This document shows, piece by piece, positions 35,533 through 45,556 of a DNA stretch of 64,000 nucleotides. Source of the DNA: a virus; the IMG/VR virus record IMGVR_UViG_3300049440_000308, positions 62,309 to 126,308 of that record, one strand, 5' to 3'. The notes beneath the pieces are model-generated. The model was not told where the DNA came from, ran no database searches, and worked only from the letters and a program-made list of their open reading frames with translations. Numbering within the stretch: position 1 is the first letter of the stretch; each line of letters starts with the position of its first letter. A program made the position numbers and the translations under genes.

Positions 35533-36080
35533 CGACCCCGACCGCCTCCGGGACCCTGTACGCGAGCGTCGCCGACCTCCGCAACGGCATGGGCGGCACC
35601 GACGCGGGCACCGGCACCGCCGCGCAGCTCACCGACGCGCAGCTTGAACTCGCCCTGTACTCCGCGAGCAACCGCGTGTCGGTCTTCGCGGGCAATATCT
35701 ACGACAGCTCAACTCCGCAGGCCGTGCCCCCGCCGATCCTGCACGATCTCACCCTTGACCTTGCCGCGTTCTGGGCCTGGAAGACGTATCTCAAGGGAAA
35801 GGCGATGCCGGCGGACCACCCGGTGATGATCGCCTACACCAACGCCATGCAGATGCTCGGCGACGTGCGCGACGGCAAGATCCAACTCGGCGTCAACCCG
35901 GCCCCCGGCGTCGGGGATGAGATCGGGACGGTGATAAATCGCATTCCCCCGGTGTTCACCGGCAGGGACTCGAATACCCGTATCGATGTGACCACCGGGA
36001 CGCTTGAGGCCGATTCGCCCTTTTACACGCCTCGTACCAGCGGCCTCTTCGACGGGGGGCCAGTCTATGGCGGGGGCTAG
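35529..36080 (+). CDS. head-tail adaptor (Mu gp36/DUF1320-like)
   Basis: YASVADLR...ILHDLTLDLAAFW...YTNAMQML.DVRDGKIQL. Confidence 0.75.
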   Translation: MTTPTASGTLYASVADLRNGMGGTDAGTGTAAQLTDAQLELALYSASNRVSVFAGNIYDSSTPQAVPPPILHDLTLDLAAFWAWKTYLKGKAMPADHPVMIAYTNAMQMLGDVRDGKIQLGVNPAPGVGDEIGTVINRIPPVFTGRDSNTRIDVTTGTLEADSPFYTPRTSGLFDGGPVYGGG

Positions 36081-36603
36081 CGGGACCTTCAGCGAGCGGA
36101 TCGCCGAACTACGGCACCGGGTGGGCGGCGGATCGCGCTTGGTCGGCTCGGTCGCGTGCGACCAGCGGTACGCCATGGCACAGCACGAACATGGCGAATG
36201 GCATCATCCACGCGGCGGCCACGCCTTCTACCTGCGCGAACCGCTGTTCGGCAACTACCGCGACTACCTCGCCGACTACGCGCGGACGGTCCTGCACGAC
36301 GGCGGCCAGCCCGCGATGCGCCGGTCCATGGAGCACCTGTCCGATCAGGTCGAGATCACCGCTCCCCGGGAGTGGGGAGACCTTCGCTCCAGCGGGCACC
36401 CGAAGGTCACCCTCGGCGAACGAGTGGTCTACGACCGGCCGCCGAAGGCCGCGAGGCTCACCGCCGAGGAACTGAAGGCCAAGAGCCGCGCCACGATGCG
36501 GATGCGGCTCGCCGAGGGCTTGACGGTCTACTTCATGCGCGGTGGCAAGGTCATGGTCATACCGGGCCGGAACGAGCCGCACGGGCTGCGGGGGCGGCTA
36601 TGA
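36067..36603 (+). CDS. neck/tail completion protein (HK97 gp10-like)
   Basis: YAMAQHE...HPRGGHAFYLREPL...APREWGDLRSSG. Confidence 0.65.
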   Translation: MAGASGTFSERIAELRHRVGGGSRLVGSVACDQRYAMAQHEHGEWHHPRGGHAFYLREPLFGNYRDYLADYARTVLHDGGQPAMRRSMEHLSDQVEITAPREWGDLRSSGHPKVTLGERVVYDRPPKAARLTAEELKAKSRATMRMRLAEGLTVYFMRGGKVMVIPGRNEPHGLRGRL

Positions 36604-37808
36604 CGCCCTACTACAGCGATGACCTCGTGCGCCTGTACCAGGGTAATGCCGCGCACCTGCCGCTGGCGGACGGGTCGGTGGATCTCGTCGTGACCAGCCC
36701 GCCGTACTGGGCTCTGCGGTCGTATTCCGATGACGGCGAGCACTACGCCGGGCAGGTCGGCAGCGAGGCAACGCCTGCGGAGTACGTCGCCGCCCTGCTC
36801 GATTGCACCCGCGAGTGGATGCGGGTCCTCAAGCCGCAGGGCAGCCTGTTCGTCAACCTCGGTGACAAGTACGCAGGCGGAGACCTGGGCGGATGCCAGG
36901 CCAAGTCTTTGCACGGCCTCCCGTGGCGGTACGCGATCGGCTGCATTGACGACCTCGGCCTGATCCTGCGCGCGGAGATCGTCTGGAGCAAGCCGAACGG
37001 CCTGCCGGAAAGCGTCACCGACCGGGTGCGGCGCTCCCATGAGCAGGTGTTCCACTTCACGAAGTCGCCCCGGTACTTCTCGGCGGTTGATGAGGTGCGG
37101 GAGCAGTACGGCGCGAACACGCACGCCGGGCGCAAGGACGGTCACCCGAGCCCGGCGACTAGCGCCGTGCAGGGCGCGCGTCCGATGAACGCAGGGCCTA
37201 CGCAGCTAAACGGCGACCTGTCAAGGCGCAATTCCCTCGGTAAGCTGCCCGGCTCCGTCTGGGAGATCCCCTCCCAGCCGCTCACCGTCCCCGCGAGCCT
37301 CGGCGTCGACCACTTCGCCGCGTTCCCGATGGAACTGCCGCGCCGCTGCATCCTCGGCTGGTCGCCGCCCGGGATCTGCACCGCGTGCGGCGAGGGACGG
37401 CGGCCGGTGACCGTGGCTGAGGCTGCGAACACGCCAGGGTGGGCGCTAAGCCAGCGCGCCGGCCGGTCGTGGCACGGAGACGGGGAAGATCCCAAGCGCG
37501 CCCTCGGCGTGGCCGCAGTGGACCGCTCGCGGCGCATCACCGGCTACGCCTGCGCCTGCCCGGACGCCACCGCGCCGACGCGCCCGAGCGTGGTGCTCGA
37601 CCCGTTCGGCGGCACCGGCACCACTGCCCTCGTCGCCGCCATGCACGGCCGCGCGGGCATCAGCGTCGACCGCAGCGCCGACTACTGCCGCCTCGCCCGC
37701 TGGCGCGTCAGCGACCCCGCCGAGCGCGCCAGGGCCATGCAGGTACCCAAGCCGCCGCCCGTGCCCGAAGGACAGGACTCGCTGTTCGACATGGCGGTGA
37801 CCGCATGA
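36600..37808 (+). CDS. DNA methyltransferase (N4/N6, beta class)
   Basis: VTSPPY, WSKPNGLPES, HFAAFP and DPFGGTGTT. Confidence 0.9.
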   Translation: MTPYYSDDLVRLYQGNAAHLPLADGSVDLVVTSPPYWALRSYSDDGEHYAGQVGSEATPAEYVAALLDCTREWMRVLKPQGSLFVNLGDKYAGGDLGGCQAKSLHGLPWRYAIGCIDDLGLILRAEIVWSKPNGLPESVTDRVRRSHEQVFHFTKSPRYFSAVDEVREQYGANTHAGRKDGHPSPATSAVQGARPMNAGPTQLNGDLSRRNSLGKLPGSVWEIPSQPLTVPASLGVDHFAAFPMELPRRCILGWSPPGICTACGEGRRPVTVAEAANTPGWALSQRAGRSWHGDGEDPKRALGVAAVDRSRRITGYACACPDATAPTRPSVVLDPFGGTGTTALVAAMHGRAGISVDRSADYCRLARWRVSDPAERARAMQVPKPPPVPEGQDSLFDMAVTA

Positions 37809-38239
37809 CCACGCCCCTCGTCATCACGACACCCCGGGTCACGATCATCATCGACTGGCTGACACTGGCCGGCTGGGACACCTCGCAGGAGGTCGGGTAC
37901 CCGCTGCTCCCCGGCTCGGAGATCCTCACGATGCCCGACAAGGCGGTGTTCATCACCCCTTCCGGCGGGCCGGGGTTCGTGACGGAGGAAGCCGGGACGG
38001 ACGCCTGGTCGTTCCAGGTGCGCCTGCGGGGCCCGGCCGATGACCCGCTGGCGGCGGACGCGGCGGCGCAGCTCCTCGACTACACGGTCCTGCACGGGCC
38101 TCACCCGGTGCTGGTGGACGGCGTGTGGGTGCTGAACGTGCAGCGCCTCGGCAGCCCGCCATCGCCGCTTCCCCTTGACCCGTCGGACCGCCGGTTCGAG
38201 TACGTCACCAACTACATCCTCACGACCGGAGGCGGCTAG
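37805..38239 (+). CDS. tail terminator-like protein
   Basis: FITPSGGPG..E...D..SFQVRLRG...RRFEYVTNY; position. Confidence 0.7.
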   Translation: MTTPLVITTPRVTIIIDWLTLAGWDTSQEVGYPLLPGSEILTMPDKAVFITPSGGPGFVTEEAGTDAWSFQVRLRGPADDPLAADAAAQLLDYTVLHGPHPVLVDGVWVLNVQRLGSPPSPLPLDPSDRRFEYVTNYILTTGGG

Positions 38240-38706
38240 TGGCCACAGGAGCACGGGTAACCCTCAACCCCATCCCGCTCAGCCAGGCGAGCACCGGGGC
38301 GCTGTGGCTCACCTCGGGGACCGCGGGCTACGACACGGGCACCGGCACCATTACCGCCTGGTCGGGGCAGCTCGGGGTGATGATCCCGCTGACGGCGAAG
38401 AACGTGATCCTCGCGTTCGCGTGCGGGGCGACCCTCGCCGGGGCGACGCAGGTGCTGGTCGGGCAGACGGTCGGCAGCACCGGGGTTGTCGTCCCGGCGA
38501 CCACGGAGGCGTACACGATCGCGGCGACCACCTCCGGGTGGCTGGGCCCCTGGGACGTGGCCACCTACGCGCAGGTCAACCCGACCGGGGTGACGTACGC
38601 GGGGGCGATCAACACCACGGCGCTGACCTCGGCGGCGCAGGGCTGCGTCGTCATCGACTTCACGACGACGACGACCCTGGCGCTGCGCGCCTACGGGCTG
38701 TACTAG
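38239..38706 (+). CDS. hypothetical structural protein
   Basis: TAGTG overlap; GGAGG SD. Confidence 0.65.
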   Translation: MATGARVTLNPIPLSQASTGALWLTSGTAGYDTGTGTITAWSGQLGVMIPLTAKNVILAFACGATLAGATQVLVGQTVGSTGVVVPATTEAYTIAATTSGWLGPWDVATYAQVNPTGVTYAGAINTTALTSAAQGCVVIDFTTTTTLALRAYGLY

Positions 38707-38717
38707 GAGGCCGGGCC

Positions 38718-39011
38718 ATGACAGAGCAGCCGTCCGCCGTGCCGCCCGCGGGCAAGCAGGCGCCCTCAGCGCAGGACGCCGCGCGGGACCGCGTGGGCAA
38801 GCTCCGCGCGCAGCTCGCCGACGCGGAGGCCGCCCTTCCCGCCCCGCCCGGCACCGTCCGGCTGCGGGTCACCGGGCCGCACGACTCGTTCGCGTACGGC
38901 GGCCTGAGCGTAGGCCGTGATCCCGTCCCCGTTCCCGCGGGCGCCGTTCCGCAGCTGATGACCGCGGCGGGCGACGCGGGCGTCACCCTCGAGGAGGCCC
39001 CAGGTGCCTAG
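38718..39011 (+). CDS. hypothetical protein
   Basis: AGGAGG SD. Confidence 0.6.
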   Translation: MTEQPSAVPPAGKQAPSAQDAARDRVGKLRAQLADAEAALPAPPGTVRLRVTGPHDSFAYGGLSVGRDPVPVPAGAVPQLMTAAGDAGVTLEEAPGA

Positions 39012-39621
39012 CCTGACTTACACCCCGCCGACGTACGGGACCAGCGACGTCCTGTTCGGGACCGGGATCCTGTTCACCAACGCCAACCCGTCGCCGGGGG
39101 TGGGGGCGACGCTGCCGAGCGACGCGAACCTGGGCGTCGGGTCGTCCTGGCTCGGCCTCGGCTGGTCGTACGTGGGGGCCACAGAAGCCGGTGTAACTCA
39201 AACATATAACCCCACAACTCAGAACATAAACATCGAAGAACAACCAACACCCGTCGGCGTCGCGGTCAACACGGCCGATTTGACCTTCACGTGCAACCTC
39301 TCGGAAGAGACGTTGAACAACATCAACCTCGCCTACGGCAACTCGGGCTCGATCGCCACCACCCCCGCCGGGGCCGGGCAGCCCGGCAAGAGCGTGCTCA
39401 CCCTCTCGACCACCTTCGCGACCCTGTCCGCCTGCCTCGTCGCGAAGAACAGCTACGGGTTCGCCACCGTCCTTTCCATCCCCGTCGTCGTGTCCGCCGG
39501 GCAGGTGCAGACCGCGTTCCGCCGGGCCGCCCAGCAGCGCCTCTACCCGCTCACGCTGAGCGCGATCTGCCCGTTCAGCTCAATCAGCTTCATCCAGTTG
39601 ACCGCAGTCGCGACCAGCTAA
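39004..39621 (+). CDS. major tail protein
   Basis: WSYVGATEAGVTQTYNPT..I.IEEQ..PV pattern; precedes chaperone and tape measure. Confidence 0.8.
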   Translation: MPSLTYTPPTYGTSDVLFGTGILFTNANPSPGVGATLPSDANLGVGSSWLGLGWSYVGATEAGVTQTYNPTTQNINIEEQPTPVGVAVNTADLTFTCNLSEETLNNINLAYGNSGSIATTPAGAGQPGKSVLTLSTTFATLSACLVAKNSYGFATVLSIPVVVSAGQVQTAFRRAAQQRLYPLTLSAICPFSSISFIQLTAVATS

Positions 39622-39655
39622 ATCCGGACACGCACACCGAAGGGAGGTGGGCTGA

Positions 39656-40129
39656 TTGGCGAAGTTCAACGCCGCAACCGTCGTCGAGGCCCTGGAGTGG
39701 ACGTTCGAGCCGATGCTCAAGGCGAAGGGCGTCATCGCCGAGCCGACCGACGACCAGATCGTCAAGTTCCTCACCGACGTCAAGGCCCTCGTCGCGCGGC
39801 TGCAGGAGAAGGCACGGCAGCGGGCGGCAGGCGGGGCCGCCGAGCCCGGCACGGACCTGGCCGTTCCCGCCGGCCGTGACCCCGCCGACCTGGTTGACGC
39901 GATCGAGGAGCTTGACCCGTCGGTGGTCGGGGAGTTCCATCAGGAGCTCGCCGGGATCTTCGCGGAACTGTGCTCCGGTGACCCGGGCAAGGAGACGCTG
40001 CTGAAGCTCCCCATGCGGATCCGCGTCGTCTTTTACGGGTGGCTGCGGGAGCAGGTGATGAACCCGGAAGCCGCGCCCGGCGGTGGGAACGCGCAGGTGA
40101 CGACCCTGCGGTCCGCAGCCGCCGGGTAA
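39656..40129 (+). CDS. tail assembly chaperone
   Basis: GGAGG SD; position; helical composition. Confidence 0.75.
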   Translation: MAKFNAATVVEALEWTFEPMLKAKGVIAEPTDDQIVKFLTDVKALVARLQEKARQRAAGGAAEPGTDLAVPAGRDPADLVDAIEELDPSVVGEFHQELAGIFAELCSGDPGKETLLKLPMRIRVVFYGWLREQVMNPEAAPGGGNAQVTTLRSAAAG

Positions 40130-40380
40130 TCCTCTATGCCGTCCGCCGCTGGCTGCACTTCACCGCGGGCGAGTGGGACGCCCTGTCCTGGGACCTGCGG
40201 GAGGCCTACCTGGAGGGGCTGAGCGCGGAGGAGGGCATCCCGTTCCAGGTGCAGCAGGGGGCGCCCTCGGGAGGGGACCTGCCGGTGACGAGGCGGGCCG
40301 CGGCGGGGACCTCGGTGATCGACCTGGACGCGATGCGGGCGGAGCTGGAGGCGAACCCGGCGGCAAGACGGCGGATCTGA
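40039..40380 (+). CDS. tail chaperone C-terminal extension in the -1 frame (G/GT type)
   Basis: Overlapping -1 frame, RWLHFTAGEWDALSW; exact shift site not determined. Confidence 0.6.
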   Translation: MAAGAGDEPGSRARRWERAGDDPAVRSRRVILYAVRRWLHFTAGEWDALSWDLREAYLEGLSAEEGIPFQVQQGAPSGGDLPVTRRAAAGTSVIDLDAMRAELEANPAARRRI

Positions 40381-40397
40381 GAGGGAGGTGACGGAGA

Positions 40398-43300
40398 GTG
40401 TTCGATGCCGGCGCGATCGAGAGCCGGCTCACCGTTGACCTCTCCCAGTTCGACCGGGACCTGAGCGCGGCGGAAGCGCGGGTCAAGAAGTTTGAGTCAC
40501 AGAAGCACGAGGTTAAGCTCACCGCCGCCTTTGACTCCAGTTCGATGTCCCGGGCGAGGCAGCAATTCGCCCAGTTGGACAACCAGATCAGCAAGGACGC
40601 GATGTCCCGCCTGCGGTCCTCCCCGCAGGGCAGCATCCTCGGCGCCCTCAACGCCTTGTTCAGCCCCCATCCGGTGACGGGCGCCCCGTCGGCGCAGCAG
40701 GCGGCCACCCAGGGGCTGCTCGGCAAGATGGTGTCCGCCCCGGGCGGCGGGGGCCCGTCCGCCGCCCCGGCTGCCGGGAGCGGGAACGTGGTCCGTGACG
40801 TCCTGAGCCAGGCGGCGACCGCGGCCTCACCTCAGGCGCGCATCCCCGCCGGGCAGCCGGGCGCCGGGCAGTTCACCAGCACCGACACGATCACCCAGAA
40901 GGTGGTCGGGACCGGACCGGGCGACGTCACCACCACCGACACGGTGAAGGAAAGGCTTGACCCGGCGTCCGCGGCGAAAACCGAGGGGGACGCGAAGGCC
41001 AGCGGGGACCGCTCCGGCCGGGGGTGGATGTCCTCGTTCGCCTCCTGGGTGAAGGACCTGCTGCCCGCCCCGGTGACGGGCAAGGCGGAGAAGGACGCGA
41101 AGTCGTCCGGGGACCGCTCCGGGACCAGTTTCTTCGCCGGGATGAGCGCGCACGCCGGCCCGTTCTTCGCCGGGTTCGTCAAGTCGTCGGGGAAGGCGGG
41201 CAGTGACGGCGGCAGCGCCCTCGACAAGGGGCTGATCGGCGGGATCGGGCCCAGCATCCTCGGTATCGGCACCCTAGTCGCCACCAAGTGGGTCGGGGGC
41301 ATCAGCCTCGGCCTGAGCGCCCTGCCGGCCCTGGCCGGGGTGGCCGGGACCGGGGCGGGCGTCGCGCTGATCGGCGGGATCGTCGGGGTCGTGGCGAAGG
41401 GCGCGGTCGCCGCGGTGCAGCCCGCCGTGCAGGCGTTCCAGAAGCTGCAGGACGCGGCGCCCGGGCCGGCGCAGGTCGCCGCCCTGAAGGCCTACCAGGC
41501 TCAGCTCGCCCAGCTGACCCCCGCCCAGCAGGGCCTCGCGAAGTCCCTGGAGGGCATGCAGGCTGCCTGGCAGAACTTCGTTAAGTCGAACACCGCCGGG
41601 GTCGCGACGATCGTCAGCGGCGGCCTCGGGCTGCTGCCCGGGATCCTCTCCCAGATGTCCGGCGTGTTCCAGGCGGTCGTCCCGCAGGTGGCGTCGGTCA
41701 CGGCGAGCCTCGGCGGCCTCGTCCAGGGGCTGCTGTCCGTCGCGAAGACCGCCGTCCCCGCGTTCGCCCCGTTCGTGAACGGCGTCCTCAGCCTGGTCAC
41801 GAACATCCTGCCCGGCATCAACGTGGCCATCAAGGCGACCCTGCCGTACGTGTCCCAGTTCGCGGGGATCCTCGGCACCCTCGGCAAGGGCCTGGGGGGC
41901 CTGTTCGCCGCGGCGGCGCCCGCCATCGGCGCGAGCATGCAGGTACTGTCCAGCCTCCTGGGGCTCCTGGACGCCCTGCTGCCCGCCGTGACGCAGATCG
42001 CCGGGGTCTTCGCGAAGTCCCTCGCTCCCGTCTTCGGCGCGTTCACCGGGGTCATCAAGACGCTTATCCCGCCGCTGGTGCAGGTCAGCGGCGTCATCGC
42101 GTCGTTCGCCGGGGCGGTCATCGGTGACCTGACGTCCGCGTTCGGCGCCATCGTCACCCTCGTTCACAGCCTCGCCCCCAGCCTCACCATCCTCGCGTCC
42201 ACCCTGTCATCGGTGTTCGTCGTCCTGGAGAACACGGGCGTGTTCGCGATCTTCGGCGACGCCCTGGAGAAGGTCGCCGTCCCCCTCGCGACCCTGATCA
42301 ACGCGCTGGTCACCGGCCTGGCGCCTATCCTGCCGGTCCTCGTCGGCGCCGCCGCCCAGCTGTCCGCGGCCCTGGTCGCCGGCCTGTCAGCCGCCCTCAC
42401 CGCCGTGCTGACCGCCCTCGTGCCGGTAGTCACGTTCCTCGCCCAGGCGGCCGTCGCCGTCACCGGGTTCCTGCAGAGCACCGGCCTGCTGATGCCGGTG
42501 ATGGCCGGGCTGGGCATCGCGTTCGGCCCGGTCGCGTCCGGCCTCAAGGCGATGGCGGTCGGCCTGTCCCTGTTCGCCGGGTCCTCGTTCATCAGCGGGA
42601 TCGCCGGCATGGCGAACGCGGTCAAGGGCTTCATGATCGTCACCGAGGGCGCCACCGCGGCGGAGAAGGGCCTGCTGCTCGGCGAGATCGCCCTCAACGC
42701 GATCAGCCCCCTCGGGTGGGCGGTCATCGGGGCGGTCGCCGTCACCGGCCTCGTCATCGCGTTCAGCAAGCTGCGGGGCGGGTCACAGGACCTGCTGAGC
42801 GTCCTGACCGCCCAGGACCACGCCGTCGGCTACAACATCAGCGGCTACGAGAAGCTCGCCGGGCAGCTGACCACGGTCGCCGACGGGTACGCGAAGATGA
42901 CGACGGCGCAGTCCAGCAACCTGCGCGGCCTCGGCACCACGGCCGCCAAGGCGGCCACCGACCAGCTCAACGCCCAGTCGCAGGCCTTCACCCAATTGGC
43001 CCTGAACATGCAGGACCGCCTCACCGCCCTGAGCGGCACCTTCGGGGTGTCGAAAACCCAGATCGAGCAGTGGGCGTCAGCGGCCGGGATCAGCGCGGAG
43101 CAGTTCGCCGGCGCCGGGGAAAGCGTCGGGTCACTCACCACGAAGATCACCGATTACGTCAACAAGAACGCGGCGGCCATCACCGCCACCTCGTCGCTGG
43201 CGCAGAACATCGCCCTGTTCGGCACCGACGTCTTCAATACGAACACGCAGCTCGACGCGTTCAACCAGATCTGGAACATCCTCGTCGGCAACCTCCTCAC

Positions 43301-44819
43301 CAAGCAGGAGGCGGTCACCGCGGGGCAGACCGCCTTCGACAACCTCAAGCAGTCGATCGCCCAGTCCGGTACCGCCTCCGACACCTCCAAGCAGTCATTC
43401 CAGGCGTACATCGACCAGATCCGGTCGAGCCTCGACGCGCTGGAGAAGGGCGGGGCGTCCGTCGGCGACCTCAACTCCTACCTGCAAACCCAGATCGACC
43501 ACCTCTCCTCGCTGCACAACCTGACCCCGGGCGAACTGCAGGACCTCGGCAACCTCAAGCAGTTCCAGGATGCCCTCGCCAACTCAACCCACGGCCTCAC
43601 CGGCGCGCAGCAGACCCTGATCACCCAGTGGGAGAACTCCCTCATCCCCGACCTGGACAAAATGGGCGCCGACACCCCCAAGGTCACCACCGACATCAGT
43701 AACCTGGCCAACTCCATCATCCAGACGGGGAACAACTCGGCTAGCACCGCCGCGGACCGGGCGAAGCTCATCGCCGACCTGGCGGACGTGGGGATCAAGG
43801 GGCAGGCGTCGAAGACGTTCATCGACAGCCTCCAGACATCGATCGACAACCTCAAGGGCAAGGTCGTCAGCGTCGCCGTCCAGGCCACCGCCCAGGGCAC
43901 CCTCAACGCGATCAGCCACCTCGCCGGGCAGAACCCCTCCACGTCCATCCTCACGTTCGGCGCCGCCGGGATGCTCGTCTCCGGGGGGACCCCCGGCAAG
44001 GACAGCGTCCTGGCGATGCTCATGCCCGGTGAGGTCGTCGTACCGAAGGGGATGGTGCAGGCGGGCGCCGTCGACCACCTGAAAGGCAGCATCCCCGGGT
44101 TCGCCGCCGGGGGCATGGTCAACCTCGACGGGCCCGCTTCATGGGCGGCCGCCAACGAGGGCACCTGGGGGACGGCGGTCGCGAGCATGTGGGCGCAGGC
44201 CTCCAAGAAGGCGTTCGACGCCGCGATGGCAGCGGCTGCGGCAGCGGTGCCGAGCGTCGCGACGGCGGGAGCGGCCGGCGGCATCATCGCCACGATGATG
44301 AAGAACATGGCCGCCGCCCGCGGCTGGACCGGCGCGGAGTGGAACGCCCTGTACGCCCTGGAAATGGCGGAGGCGGGCTTCTCGCTTACAGCAACCAACC
44401 CGAGCAGCGGCGCCTACGGGCTCGCGCAGTTCATCAACGGGCCGTCCGAGTACGCGTCCTACGGCGGCAACTCGACCACCGCGACCGGCCAGATCACCGG
44501 GATGCTCAACTACATCGCCCAGCGCTACGGCGACCCGGTCAACGCCGAGGCGCACGAGGTCGCCTACCACTGGTATGACCGCGGCGGGTCCCTGCAGCCC
44601 GGCTACACCCTCGCCTACAACGGCACCGGGCAGCCTGAGCACGTCATGACCGGCAAGTCGGTGGACGACCTCGCCGCCCGCCTCGACCAGCTCCACGCCG
44701 ACATGCGGGAGATGGTCAGCGCCACCCGCGCGGTCCCGGCAGGGGTAGGGGCGCACGTGGGCGGAGCACTCAACGGGGCGGCGTCTGCAGCGTCATTTCG
44801 CGGGAGGTACCCGCGATGA
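40398..44819 (+). CDS. tape measure protein with C-terminal lytic-transglycosylase-like domain
   Basis: 1473 aa Ala/Gly/Leu helical repeats; EAG...NPSSGAYGLAQ...YIAQRYG near the C-terminus. Confidence 0.9.
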   Translation: MFDAGAIESRLTVDLSQFDRDLSAAEARVKKFESQKHEVKLTAAFDSSSMSRARQQFAQLDNQISKDAMSRLRSSPQGSILGALNALFSPHPVTGAPSAQQAATQGLLGKMVSAPGGGGPSAAPAAGSGNVVRDVLSQAATAASPQARIPAGQPGAGQFTSTDTITQKVVGTGPGDVTTTDTVKERLDPASAAKTEGDAKASGDRSGRGWMSSFASWVKDLLPAPVTGKAEKDAKSSGDRSGTSFFAGMSAHAGPFFAGFVKSSGKAGSDGGSALDKGLIGGIGPSILGIGTLVATKWVGGISLGLSALPALAGVAGTGAGVALIGGIVGVVAKGAVAAVQPAVQAFQKLQDAAPGPAQVAALKAYQAQLAQLTPAQQGLAKSLEGMQAAWQNFVKSNTAGVATIVSGGLGLLPGILSQMSGVFQAVVPQVASVTASLGGLVQGLLSVAKTAVPAFAPFVNGVLSLVTNILPGINVAIKATLPYVSQFAGILGTLGKGLGGLFAAAAPAIGASMQVLSSLLGLLDALLPAVTQIAGVFAKSLAPVFGAFTGVIKTLIPPLVQVSGVIASFAGAVIGDLTSAFGAIVTLVHSLAPSLTILASTLSSVFVVLENTGVFAIFGDALEKVAVPLATLINALVTGLAPILPVLVGAAAQLSAALVAGLSAALTAVLTALVPVVTFLAQAAVAVTGFLQSTGLLMPVMAGLGIAFGPVASGLKAMAVGLSLFAGSSFISGIAGMANAVKGFMIVTEGATAAEKGLLLGEIALNAISPLGWAVIGAVAVTGLVIAFSKLRGGSQDLLSVLTAQDHAVGYNISGYEKLAGQLTTVADGYAKMTTAQSSNLRGLGTTAAKAATDQLNAQSQAFTQLALNMQDRLTALSGTFGVSKTQIEQWASAAGISAEQFAGAGESVGSLTTKITDYVNKNAAAITATSSLAQNIALFGTDVFNTNTQLDAFNQIWNILVGNLLTKQEAVTAGQTAFDNLKQSIAQSGTASDTSKQSFQAYIDQIRSSLDALEKGGASVGDLNSYLQTQIDHLSSLHNLTPGELQDLGNLKQFQDALANSTHGLTGAQQTLITQWENSLIPDLDKMGADTPKVTTDISNLANSIIQTGNNSASTAADRAKLIADLADVGIKGQASKTFIDSLQTSIDNLKGKVVSVAVQATAQGTLNAISHLAGQNPSTSILTFGAAGMLVSGGTPGKDSVLAMLMPGEVVVPKGMVQAGAVDHLKGSIPGFAAGGMVNLDGPASWAAANEGTWGTAVASMWAQASKKAFDAAMAAAAAAVPSVATAGAAGGIIATMMKNMAAARGWTGAEWNALYALEMAEAGFSLTATNPSSGAYGLAQFINGPSEYASYGGNSTTATGQITGMLNYIAQRYGDPVNAEAHEVAYHWYDRGGSLQPGYTLAYNGTGQPEHVMTGKSVDDLAARLDQLHADMREMVSATRAVPAGVGAHVGGALNGAASAASFRGRYPR

Positions 44820-44836
44820 CGCTAAACGTCCGCCGA

Positions 44837-45556
44837 TCAGCGGCGAGCAGTCATCCACAGCGTGGCTCGCGTCACTCCGTATTCAGCAGCCAGGGCAGTC
44901 CGCGATTCCCCGGCAGCGTAGCGCCTGCGGGCCTCCTCTGCGATTTCCGGCGCGAGCCTTGCGCTACGGCCGCGATGTCGCGGATGAGATGGTGCGGCGT
45001 TAGGGAGCCACGTCCACGTGAGTCCTCTCATTGCGAGGCTCATGCAAGCCCGGGAGACGCCGTATTCATCGGCGAGAGCCGTCTGCGTCTCTCCGGCGGC
45101 ATAGCGGCGGCGGCACTCAAGGACGGTCGTCTCCGTCAGCCGGGCGCCTTGATGCGAGTCGCCGCGGATAAGCGTCCCGTCCCGCAGCCTGTCCTCGCCG
45201 GAGTTCTTGACACGCGAGCCGTGGGAAAGGTTGGACAATCGGTTGTCCTGCGCCCCTCCAGGGCCGTGGCATACAACGAGGCCCTTTGGGCACGGCCCGG
45301 CAAAAGCCTCCATGACCAGTTGGTGCACAAGCATGGTCTTCGGCCTGCCGTTCACGGACGGGGCGACGCTCAGGTGCCCGCTTTTGTCCGTGGCTGCCGG
45401 GCGAAGCACCTTCCCCCGGTAGGAATAGCGTCGTCCGTCGCTGTAGACCACTACCCGGTCGACACTCCGCACGCGACCCTGGTCACTGACCTCGTACGAG
45501 CCTTCCAGCCCCTGGGCCGGCAACCATCGCTCGGGCGTAGCATCACCTGTAGCCAC
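44837..45556 (-). CDS. NUMOD4-HNH homing endonuclease with C-terminal HTH
   Basis: W....GLEGSYEVSDQGRVRS, VHQLVMEAF, VVCHGPGG..DNRLSNL; AAGGAGG SD. Confidence 0.9.
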   Translation of the reverse strand: MATGDATPERWLPAQGLEGSYEVSDQGRVRSVDRVVVYSDGRRYSYRGKVLRPAATDKSGHLSVAPSVNGRPKTMLVHQLVMEAFAGPCPKGLVVCHGPGGAQDNRLSNLSHGSRVKNSGEDRLRDGTLIRGDSHQGARLTETTVLECRRRYAAGETQTALADEYGVSRACMSLAMRGLTWTWLPNAAPSHPRHRGRSARLAPEIAEEARRRYAAGESRTALAAEYGVTRATLWMTARR

